DNA of 64,000 bases from a bacterium. GTDB lineage: Bacteria; Zixibacteria; MSB-5A5; GN15; FEB-12. The notes under the pieces were generated by a model that saw only the letters and a list, made by a program, of their open reading frames with translations, had not been told where the DNA came from and made no database searches. The stretch is taken from positions 2,522 through 66,521 of the forward strand of contig JBDRES010000003.1 in NCBI GenBank assembly GCA_043819515.1. Direction: 5' to 3'. This document shows, one piece after another, positions 18,926 to 28,346 of the stretch. Position 1 is the stretch's first letter, and every line of letters begins with the position of its first letter. A program made the translations under genes and the position numbers.

Positions 18926-19804
18926 ATGAAACGATTTGTTGTTTTGCTTTTGTTGATTGGCATCATCGCCGGTTGCAGCCGGGAACCCCAGACGACCGAG
19001 GAGTTCTTGGCCGCCGGTCAGCGTGCCTTTGTTGACCATGACTACTTCCGAGCGCGCGTGTGTTTGAACGAGGTCGTCCGTGAACGCCCATCCGATCGTC
19101 TGCCGCTGTTTTTGTTGGGTTTGGCTTACTTCGAAGACAACATGCCTGACTCGGCCGAGTTCTTCCTGGCCAGGGTCAACATGTTGTTTCCAAAGGATAT
19201 CGAAATCATGGAGAAACTGTACCAGGCCCAAAGCCAGAGTGGGCATTGGGATGAGGCCCGCCGGACCATGCAGGAGCTATTCCTGCTGGGAGTGCCCGAG
19301 GCGGATCATCTGGATGAGATATTCGAACTCAGCATGAATGCAAAGCGCTTCGATCACGCCTATCATTGGTCCCGCAAACTTCTGCAAGTAAATCCTGATG
19401 AGCCGCAGCGGTGGCTGAACACCGCCAATCTGGCGGCGGAGGTCGGGTCAATATATGTAGCTATCGATGTCATCGATTCAGCCATCGACCGTTTTGGCCC
19501 CCGGGAGGAGCTTCTCAACAACAAGGGGTTGTTTTTGGTGTCCACCGACGATGGCGCTCGGGCCGAGAAGATCTTCCGTGAGCTGGTCGACCTGGATACA
19601 ACCAAGATTGAATATCGGTTGAACCTGGCCAATGCTCTGTCTGTCCAGAGCGATAAAAAAAAGAAACGGGAAGCCTACCGGCGCTATAACGATCTCGCCG
19701 ATCAGATACCGAACAGAGTCTGGATTGATTCCACGCTCACTCAGCTGGCCGAGGAGTTGGGCCTTCCGCTACCTGTCCGTGATTCCTCCAAGGGGAAACC
19801 GTAG
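18926..19804 (+). CDS. TPR-repeat lipoprotein
   Basis: I place the start at ATG 18926 (MKRFVVLLLLIGIIAGCSRE gives a signal peptide plus lipobox). The rest is helical with repeated A..YF.A / L..A TPR-like periodicity. Confidence 0.6.
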   Translation: MKRFVVLLLLIGIIAGCSREPQTTEEFLAAGQRAFVDHDYFRARVCLNEVVRERPSDRLPLFLLGLAYFEDNMPDSAEFFLARVNMLFPKDIEIMEKLYQAQSQSGHWDEARRTMQELFLLGVPEADHLDEIFELSMNAKRFDHAYHWSRKLLQVNPDEPQRWLNTANLAAEVGSIYVAIDVIDSAIDRFGPREELLNNKGLFLVSTDDGARAEKIFRELVDLDTTKIEYRLNLANALSVQSDKKKKREAYRRYNDLADQIPNRVWIDSTLTQLAEELGLPLPVRDSSKGKP

Positions 19805-19820
19805 CCCCCAAATTAATGAA

Positions 19821-19884
19821 GGGCAGGATACAAGTATCCTGCCCAACGCAGGGCTGTCTCTAGGAGAGACAGAGGGGGGTTTTT
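19821..19884. terminator. Two adjacent stem-loops between convergent genes (bidirectional terminator candidate)
   Basis: GGGCAGGATA-caag-TATCCTGCCC (19821..19844, 10-bp stem) has TTCATTAATTT after it on the minus strand. CTGTCTC-tagga-GAGACAG (19854..19872) is followed by AGGGGGGTTTTT on the plus strand. Confidence 0.35.
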
Positions 19885-19998
19885 CCAGGTCTTTCTACCC
19901 TATTTAACGAAGACAGCACCCATTTTGTTCGGCCTGCGTCGCAGGAAAGTTGATATTGCGCCGGTTTTGTGACGCCTGGTTGTATTCTCGGACCGCCA

Positions 19999-20029
19999 GG
20001 GGCCGATTCGCGCTCGACGAATCGGCCCC
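19999..20029 (-). other. GC-rich 11-bp stem-loop 40 nt downstream of the 20069 stop (no U-tract)
   Basis: GGGGCCGATTC-gcgctcgac-GAATCGGCCCC is a perfect inverted repeat. Its function (terminator or mRNA 3' stabiliser) is not established. Confidence 0.3.
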
Positions 20030-20068
20030 TGGGAAGTAATCAACGAAGCGGATACAGGGTGTAGTAGG

Positions 20069-21157
20069 CTAGAGCCCATCCGAGCCATCGGCCACGCCTG
20101 GATCATCGGCGCCGCAAGTTAGCTTCCAGCGACCGTCCAGGAATCCGCGACGGAAGGCCGGGTGCGAGCGATAGCGACCCCTCAGGACACCGATTTCGAC
20201 TTCATCAGCATCAAAGATGCTTCCGGCAAACCAACCTCCGGCTCGGCGGAAGGCGTTACCGTTGGCATGGTGATCCGGCCGAGGCCCGTAGGTCCCGCGA
20301 AGCAATCCCTGACACTCACCGCTCTGAGTAATCCACTTGCCGAAGAAGACCCGGAGGCCGTCATCATTGAGGCCGTAATGGCCGTTCAAATAGCCCGTCA
20401 CCCAGCCGGACCGCGTCAGCCAGACGCCCCGGAAGACCCCTTCACCATCCTCATTGAAGCCCCAGTGACCACTCAGAAAGCCGCGCGGGCAGCGTGCCCC
20501 GGTAATCCGGAAGCCGTTGAAGGCGATGGCATTCGAGTCGGCATCATCCAGGTAGACAATGGTATCCAACGATGCGATATCATCCAGTCGGAATTCACGT
20601 GTGTAAGGACCGGTGGCATAAGTGACGACGACTTCTTCTTCGTTTTCGGTAGGTGGAATATAGATGTCGACAGCGATACCATCATTGTGGACGGTTGTAA
20701 ACGAGACCCAGTCGACAACGCTGGAATCGGTTCGAGTGGGGATATAATCCTGGCCCAGTTCGAAATGAATGATCCGTCTGATACGTTGGACACCGGCGGA
20801 CACCGTCAGCGATCCGGACCAATCAGTGACGTTGGTCACCGTAGAATCACATCGCAATTGTCCCCACAGGGCGCGGAAATGGTAGAAAGTGCCGATCGAA
20901 TCGGCCATGAGCGAGTCGACGACGGGTGAGAGAAAGAGCGGATCATCATAGACTTCGCCCTCATTGGCTTCGGCCTCGGCAATCAGCTCATCGTCGCCGA
21001 AAGCCGCTTTTTCTGCATCAGCGGTGTACCCTCCAAACGAGCTCTCCAGGTCCAGGCCGGTCGGATCGGTCTGGGTCTTAGATGGATTCTCCGAGCAACC
21101 GCCGGCAAGTATGACCGTCGCTATCAGAAGCAGGGCCGCCATAGAGTGTCGATACAT
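20069..21157 (-). CDS. Hypothetical lipoprotein with C-terminal Gly/aromatic-rich internal repeats
   Basis: I place the start at ATG 21157, preceded by AAGGAG. Lipobox ILAGGCSEN. The C-terminal third repeats G(H/.)(W/Y)G.N.DG..VF.G.W.T.SG...G.L.G.YG. Confidence 0.6.
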   Translation of the reverse strand: MYRHSMAALLLIATVILAGGCSENPSKTQTDPTGLDLESSFGGYTADAEKAAFGDDELIAEAEANEGEVYDDPLFLSPVVDSLMADSIGTFYHFRALWGQLRCDSTVTNVTDWSGSLTVSAGVQRIRRIIHFELGQDYIPTRTDSSVVDWVSFTTVHNDGIAVDIYIPPTENEEEVVVTYATGPYTREFRLDDIASLDTIVYLDDADSNAIAFNGFRITGARCPRGFLSGHWGFNEDGEGVFRGVWLTRSGWVTGYLNGHYGLNDDGLRVFFGKWITQSGECQGLLRGTYGPRPDHHANGNAFRRAGGWFAGSIFDADEVEIGVLRGRYRSHPAFRRGFLDGRWKLTCGADDPGVADGSDGL

Positions 21158-21409
21158 GTCTTGTCTCCTTGTATAAGAGTCCCTGATGAGTTTTTGCTTC
21201 GAACTTCCTACGATCCTTATAACAAGGCGCATGCCAAGAGTTCAAACGTCCCGCCAAGATCTTGTTAATGAGCAACATAGCTAGACTAGTGGAGGGCGGA
21301 TCCCATACGCCAATAGTACCTGTCGGTACACGTGCTCCGTATTGCGGACGCAGGAGTACATGCCAGGGAGGGCGCAAACGGACTTGAGAGTGTCCGGAGT
21401 GGCGGGGGA

Positions 21410-22330
21410 TTAGATTTTTCCAATACACCGGCGGACGAAGCCATCAGCCTCGGCCAGTCGCCGCTGGGCTGTCGGTTGGTCGCAACTGAGCTTGTGCATA
21501 ACAATTGCTGTCTTGACCGAGCCCTCAGCGTCAGCCAGCAGTTGACCGGCTTTTGCCTCATCGATCCCAAGCAAATCGATCAGAATCTTGCGGGAGCGGG
21601 CCGCCAGCTTGTCCGATCTTGCCTGCAGGTCAATCATAAGGTTGCCGTAGGTTTTGCCCAGAAGTACCATAGCCGTAGTCGAGATCAGATTGAGCGTCAT
21701 TTTTTGGGCGGTACCGGATTTCATTCGGGTCGAACCGGTGATGGCCTCCGGTCCGACGTCGATAGCAATGATATGGTCGACCTTGATCGGCAGGTTGATG
21801 GCCTTATTGCAAACAATGAAGGCCGTATTGGCGCCGACCTGAGCCGCGTATTCCAGCCCGGCCAGCGTGTACGGCGTGCGTACCGATGCCGCCAAGCCGA
21901 TCACCAAGTCAGCGCCGGACAGGTTGCGCTCGGTCAGGGCCCGAATAGCATCGTCACGATTGTCCTCCGCCCCTTCTTTGGAGAGCACCAGAGTTTCATG
22001 CCCCCCGGCGATGAGGCCCACGATCTGATTGGGGTCGGTCCCAAAAGTCGGCGGGCACTCGGCGGCATCGAGGACACCCAGGCGTCCTGAAGTCCCGGCT
22101 CCGACATAAAAAACGCGACCACTACGGCGCAGAGTGTCGGCGTACACTTCGGCCACCCGGGCGATGCTGTCCAGCTCACGCTCAACCGCAAAGGCCACGG
22201 ACTTGTCCTCCTGGTTGATCTTGTGGACAATCTCCAGAGCGTCGAGTTGGTCCAGGTCAGCCGTAAACGGGTTGACCCGCTCGGTTGCCAGGGAGTCCAA
22301 ATGCCTGATGATTTCAGAATACTTGCTCAT
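21410..22330 (-). CDS. murQ: N-acetylmuramic acid 6-phosphate etherase
   Basis: SIS-domain pattern GRVFYVGAGTSGRLGVLDAAECPPTFG...GLAASVRTPY...TGSTRMKSGTAQK is typical of MurQ. Confidence 0.85.
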   Translation of the reverse strand: MSKYSEIIRHLDSLATERVNPFTADLDQLDALEIVHKINQEDKSVAFAVERELDSIARVAEVYADTLRRSGRVFYVGAGTSGRLGVLDAAECPPTFGTDPNQIVGLIAGGHETLVLSKEGAEDNRDDAIRALTERNLSGADLVIGLAASVRTPYTLAGLEYAAQVGANTAFIVCNKAINLPIKVDHIIAIDVGPEAITGSTRMKSGTAQKMTLNLISTTAMVLLGKTYGNLMIDLQARSDKLAARSRKILIDLLGIDEAKAGQLLADAEGSVKTAIVMHKLSCDQPTAQRRLAEADGFVRRCIGKI

Positions 22331-22358
22331 ACCATACGAAGCACATTGGGGCGGCTAT

Positions 22359-22548
22359 GTCACCCATAAAATTTGCGATTGGGCATAGATAAGGAGTGCT
22401 CCTGGCGCCATCCCCGGGCACTTCGGATCGTTGCCAAAAAAGGTGACGGTGTCACCCATAAAATTCGCGATAGGGCATAGATAAGGAGTGCTCCTGGCGC
22501 CATCCCCGGGCACTTCGGATCGTTGCCAAAAAAGGTGACGGTGTCACC
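22359..22548. repeat. 92-bp direct tandem duplication (2 copies plus a 6-nt third start) in the murQ upstream intergenic region
   Basis: Copy 1 is 22359..22450 and copy 2 is 22451..22542. I see three mismatches (TTTGCGATTGGG versus TTCGCGATAGGG). Each copy contains the perfect palindrome GGTGAC-GGT-GTCACC. Confidence 0.9.
22528..22548 (-). terminator. Rho-independent terminator abutting the stop codon of the 22549..23337 gene (second copy at 22436..22456)
   Basis: The minus strand reads GGTGAC-ACC-GTCACC followed by TTTTTT. The stem is short (6 bp). The same element recurs 92 nt downstream within the tandem repeat. Confidence 0.5.
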
Positions 22549-23337
22549 TCACTGGATAGCGACGCGCACAGAATCTCTCAAGGCAACGCTGATGCCGCCA
22601 AAACGACCGACGAAGTTGTGCTGATCGATGTCGTCGGGTAGTTGGCCCGGCAGCGGGCAGGGGAGAGTCATTGCCGAAAGAGCACTGTCAGGGGCATCGG
22701 AAAAGGCGTAGACATAGATGTAGTACCAACCGGTATCCGGGTTGATGCCGTCCTTCCAGCGGAAGGCATCGGGCGGGATAGTGCCCCCGGTGCCCTGATT
22801 ACCGATCCACAAGGAGTAGCCTTGACCGGTATAGGCGCTGTCGGCCGCTACGGTGGCCAAAACGTAGCCGTCAGCCTGGCTGGCGCCGCTCCAATCGATC
22901 GATACTTGATCGCCGCCGTTATTGATACGGTTGGCTGGATCCGAGACCGCAATGTTGAATCCGCTCGGCAGAGGAGCCGCGACGGAAACGTCGAGCCCGG
23001 TCGAGTCTTCCAGGCTCAGTAGATAGACTCCCGGAAGCACCGCCGTGGCCGGCGAGACCTCAAATCCGTACCGTCCCGTTTCGAGAAGGAGAGTGTCATC
23101 ATTCAAGGTAATCGTAGCCCCGGCCACACTGCTATCGGAACCCACGGCCAGACGGCCGCTTGCCTCGAAGCGGTTGAGATTGTAGTCCTTGACCATGAAG
23201 CCGGTCCAACGGTAGTCGTCATCTCCGTTCGGTCCATCGACCGTTCGGGTGTTACAGCCCACTAGTGTCAATATTGTCACAAGCAGGCCTAGCCCGAAAA
23301 GCCGGGCTGGTCGAGTAGTGTCGTAATTTCTCATCAT
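22549..23337 (-). CDS. Hypothetical lipoprotein
   Basis: Signal peptide plus lipobox (LLVTILTLVGCNTR). The composition is beta-rich and I recognise no catalytic motif. Confidence 0.55.
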   Translation of the reverse strand: MMRNYDTTRPARLFGLGLLVTILTLVGCNTRTVDGPNGDDDYRWTGFMVKDYNLNRFEASGRLAVGSDSSVAGATITLNDDTLLLETGRYGFEVSPATAVLPGVYLLSLEDSTGLDVSVAAPLPSGFNIAVSDPANRINNGGDQVSIDWSGASQADGYVLATVAADSAYTGQGYSLWIGNQGTGGTIPPDAFRWKDGINPDTGWYYIYVYAFSDAPDSALSAMTLPCPLPGQLPDDIDQHNFVGRFGGISVALRDSVRVAIQ

Positions 23338-23640
23338 TCACTATTTCGGCAGGCTGGGCACAGTTGTTTAGCGCTTTGCCGGCCGATCCTGGACGGCCAT
23401 CGCCCCGATACTCACTCTGATGGCTCCAGACGCATGCTCATCATGAGTTTCACCCAGAAACTGCCCCAAAATCGACCATTTGGCCATAGATATTGCGCAA
23501 TTTTATCAAAAAAACCTGGATTTGCGGCCTTAGGAAACTATATTGGACAATGGTTGGTTAGACTAGTACAAGATACTTAGTCAGCAAAATTTGACGACTG
23601 GATCACTGAGCACATGATCTGACAACAAAGTCGTCAAACA

Positions 23641-23684
23641 GATCCCGCGTTGTTCCCCTCCCCCAACGCGGGATCGTCCTTTTT
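23641..23684 (+). terminator. Plus-strand terminator-like hairpin in a gene-free 440-bp intergenic region
   Basis: GATCCCGCGTTG-ttcccctcccc-CAACGCGGGATC is a 12-bp perfect stem, followed by GTCC and TTTTT (23680..23684). No plus-strand CDS from the track lies upstream. Confidence 0.35.
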
Positions 23685-23722
23685 GGGGCATTTTCACAAT
23701 AGCTTTTGGAACTTGTCCCAAC

Positions 23723-23754
23723 AAAAAAACGCCCCCGGATCTGATTCCGGGGGC
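23723..23754 (-). terminator. Rho-independent terminator of asnS
   Basis: The minus strand reads GCCCCCGGA-atcaga-TCCGGGGGC followed by GTTTTTTTG, 26 nt after the asnS stop. Confidence 0.7.
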
Positions 23755-23780
23755 ATGCACATACCATGTCTGTCGACTAA

Positions 23781-25178
23781 TTAGAACTTCGCCCAGCGCG
23801 GTACACGGGGGAAGGGTTGGACATCTCGAATATTGGCCATGCCGGTGACATACATCACCAACCGGTCAAATCCCAGACCAAACCCGGAGTGAGGCATAGT
23901 CCCCCAACGGCGTATATCCAGATACCATTGGTAGGCCTCACGGTTGGTCATGCCCTTTTTCTTGACTCTCTCTTCGAGTATATCAAGGCGTTCCTCGCGC
24001 TGTGAGCCGCCGATTATTTCACCCACTCGCGGTACCAGGACATCCATGCCGCGCACGGTTTTGCCGTCGTCATTCACGCGCATGTAAAACGATTTGATCT
24101 CTTCGGGGTAATCATAAACAATCACCGGTTTTTTGAAAGCCTTCTCGGTCAGGTACCGCTCGTGCTCGGTCTGAAGATCAACGCCCCATTTGACCGGGTA
24201 TTCAAAATCATGCCTCGCCTTCAGTAAGACGTCGATCGCCTCAGTGTAGGAGATCCGCTCAAACTGAGCCTTGATCACACTCTCGAGAGTCTGCCGTACT
24301 TCTTTGTCGATCCAATTGCCGAAGAAATCCATTTCATCCTGACACTTGTCCAGCGAGAACGAGAACAGGTGCTTCAAAAAATCCTCAGCCAGATCCATGT
24401 TGTCATCAAGCTCGGCCCAGGCCATCTCCGGCTCAATCATCCAGAATTCCGAGGCATGGCGAGCGGTGTTGGAATTCTCAGCCCGGAAGGTGGGGCCAAA
24501 ATTGTAGACATCACCGAGGGCCGTGGCGGCCAGTTCCGCTTCAAGTTGCCCTGAGACCGTCAGGAAGGCCTGGGTGGCAAAAAAATCCGAACTCCAGTCA
24601 ATCTGCCCATCCTTTATAGGGATGCTGGTCAGATCCATGGTAGTGACAGCAAACAGATCGCCGGCCCCTTCACAATCCGAAGTCGAGATAATCGGCGTAT
24701 GGATATAGTAAAAGCCGCGTTCCTGATAGTACTGGTGAATGGCATAGGAGAGCTTTGAGCGAATCCTGTTGACCGCTCCGAAGGTGTTGGTACGCATCCG
24801 CAGATGAGCGATCTCGCGCAGGAACTCAAAGCTGTGGCGTTTTTTTTGCAGAGGGTATTCGGCATCGACCGGTCCCACTACTTCCAGCACGGTTACCGCC
24901 ACTTCGTATTTCTGGCCTTTGCCCTGAGATTCGACAAGCGTACCCTTCATCCTGACGGCGGCACCACTATTGAGTTTGTCAAAATCAGCCAGTTCGTCGG
25001 GATTACTAACCACACCCTGGATATTACCCATACATGAACCGTCGTTGACCTCAACAAAAGCGACCTCCTTTGAGCGTCGTACCGACCGGACCAGGCCGAG
25101 GATGATTACCTCGTCTCCCGCCGGAACCTGGTCCTCGATCAGGATCGCGGCGATCTTGGTTCTGGTTTTGTAATCCAT
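23781..25178 (-). CDS. asnS: Asparagine--tRNA ligase
   Basis: OB-fold N-terminus. Class IIb motifs FRAENSNTARHASEFWMIEPEMAW and GSQREER...GTMPHSGFGLGFDRLV are diagnostic for AsnRS. Confidence 0.9.
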   Translation of the reverse strand: MDYKTRTKIAAILIEDQVPAGDEVIILGLVRSVRRSKEVAFVEVNDGSCMGNIQGVVSNPDELADFDKLNSGAAVRMKGTLVESQGKGQKYEVAVTVLEVVGPVDAEYPLQKKRHSFEFLREIAHLRMRTNTFGAVNRIRSKLSYAIHQYYQERGFYYIHTPIISTSDCEGAGDLFAVTTMDLTSIPIKDGQIDWSSDFFATQAFLTVSGQLEAELAATALGDVYNFGPTFRAENSNTARHASEFWMIEPEMAWAELDDNMDLAEDFLKHLFSFSLDKCQDEMDFFGNWIDKEVRQTLESVIKAQFERISYTEAIDVLLKARHDFEYPVKWGVDLQTEHERYLTEKAFKKPVIVYDYPEEIKSFYMRVNDDGKTVRGMDVLVPRVGEIIGGSQREERLDILEERVKKKGMTNREAYQWYLDIRRWGTMPHSGFGLGFDRLVMYVTGMANIRDVQPFPRVPRWAKF

Positions 25179-25506
25179 AAGTCAATCTCCATAAAGGGTG
25201 TGGTATGGTGATTACGATACTACGGTAGTCGGCAATAAAAGGTTCTCTCTGTTCCGGCGCAAGGGGCACGTCGGCCTGGAAATCAAAAAAAACTCCGGGA
25301 TTTGAAACCGGAAGTCGGGCCGACCGTATAAACCAGCAGAAGCGACGTAGAGTAAGATTGGACTAGCTTCTAAATAGATTGTGTTCCCAACCCATGATGT
25401 TACCTTTGGAAGCCCGGCTGTGTGGAGTCGGGTTTTCTCTTTGGTGGCGAAGCCACCCTTTTCGGCGTTCCCGGTCCTCAATCGATCTTCACAAAAAAAG
25501 CGGGCA

Positions 25507-25578
25507 TGAGGGTGGATGGATTCGAACCATCGACAGCCTGCTTAAAAGGCAGGAGCTCTACCCCTGAGCTACACCCCC
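25507..25578 (-). tRNA. tRNA-Lys (anticodon UUU), 72 nt, no encoded CCA
   Basis: The minus strand reads GGGGGTG-TA-GCTC-AGGGGTA-GAGC-T-CCTGC-CTTTTAA-GCAGG-CTGTC-GATGG-TTCGAAT-CCATC-CACCCTC-A. The cloverleaf folds with one G-U in the acceptor stem, and the anticodon loop CU-UUU-AA is seen directly. Confidence 0.9.
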
Positions 25579-25843
25579 ATGCCCGCTTCTCTAAGCCGGG
25601 CAAAGAGATTCTATAATAGCACCCGTCCCCTTCAAGTCAAACCATTTTTGGCCGCGATGCGGCTTCTATTGGCAACGATCACTCATGCTTAGCACGATAG
25701 AGGATGAATTCCGGACGGCTATTTTCAGTTTTCCCCGGGCAACATTGATCCAACAGGCGAGAGCTGTGTATAAAGACTGCGGGCGACAGAAAGACAACAA
25801 GCCCGCAATCTGTCTGCATTCCTCTCTGTGTTTGGTTGCGAAG

Positions 25844-25877
25844 AAGGGCGCGCCGTGAAAGCGCGCCCTTGCTTTTT
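25844..25877. terminator. GC-rich hairpin downstream of the FKBP gene
   Basis: AAGGGCGCGC-cgtgaaa-GCGCGCCCTT is a 10-bp stem. The T-tract (GCTTTTT) is on the plus strand, and the minus strand has only CTTCTTC, so orientation is ambiguous. Confidence 0.4.
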
Positions 25878-25896
25878 GACAGAATGTGTCGCTCGA

Positions 25897-26409
25897 TTAC
25901 TGACCGGCGACGCCGAGAAACTCGACATCAAAGATAAGATCGGCGTTCGGCGGAATGACACCACCGGCACCGCGCTCGCCATAAGCCAGTTTGGAGGGAA
26001 TAATCAGTTGGCGCTGGCCGCCGACTTTCATGCCGGCCACACCCTCATCCCAGCCCGGGATGACCTGACCAACACCCAATTTGAATGAGAAGGGCTGTCC
26101 GCGGTCGTGGGAGCTGTCGAACTTGGTTCCCTTTTCACCTTCCGGAGTCTTCAGCCAACCGGTATAGTGCATTTCGACTGTCTGACCGGCCACGGCTTCC
26201 GCGCCTTCGCCAACGACCATATCAATGTACTGCAGTCCCGATTCAGTAGTAATAACTTCCATGCTTCCTTCCGTTTCAGTGGCAGCCGGCTGTTGAGCTT
26301 CGACTTGGGTCTGGGGCTCAGCCTGGGCTTCGTGCTCGTCCGTCTTGTTGCAGCCGACGGCCAGAGTGGCCAAAATCAGCAGTCCCAAAATAACCGTCGT
26401 GATACGCAT
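25897..26409 (-). CDS. FKBP-type peptidyl-prolyl cis-trans isomerase (lipoprotein)
   Basis: Lipobox LAVGCNK. FKBP core VEMHYTGWL...GTKFDSSHDRGQPFSFKLGVGQVIPGWDEGVAGMKVGGQRQLIIPSKLAYG. Confidence 0.85.
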   Translation of the reverse strand: MRITTVILGLLILATLAVGCNKTDEHEAQAEPQTQVEAQQPAATETEGSMEVITTESGLQYIDMVVGEGAEAVAGQTVEMHYTGWLKTPEGEKGTKFDSSHDRGQPFSFKLGVGQVIPGWDEGVAGMKVGGQRQLIIPSKLAYGERGAGGVIPPNADLIFDVEFLGVAGQ

Positions 26410-26436
26410 CTCTCTCCTCTGTCTCTTGAGTGAACG

Positions 26437-28273
<1,837 letters not shown>

Positions 28274-28346
28274 CTCGAAAAACGAACCTACAAACTTACA
28301 ATCTATTGCCTTGGTGGCGATGTTTTTATCCTTTGCTCGAGCGTCA

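Noticed and set aside
20162-20929. 255-aa plus-strand ORF
   Set aside because: It is antisense to the lipoprotein gene, which has an RBS, a lipobox and internal repeats. I treat it as a shadow ORF.
21332-22090. 252-aa plus-strand ORF
   Set aside because: It is antisense to murQ, whose SIS-domain motifs are unambiguous.
22436-22533. Sigma-54 promoter (TTGGCAACGATCCGAAGTGC) inside the tandem repeat
   Set aside because: With the GG of TGGCA taken as -24, the required GC at -12 falls on AA. The spacing does not fit TGGCAC-N5-TTGC.
22359-22548. Possible CRISPR array or MITE
   Set aside because: There are only two directly abutting 92-bp copies with no spacers, and the repeat length is far above CRISPR range. 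I see no terminal inverted repeats or target-site duplication, and I did not spot further copies elsewhere in the window.
25507-25578. tRNA-Lys as an integration hotspot for a genomic island
   Set aside because: No integrase, no direct repeat of the tRNA 3' half, and the flanking genes (asnS, FKBP, purA) are housekeeping.
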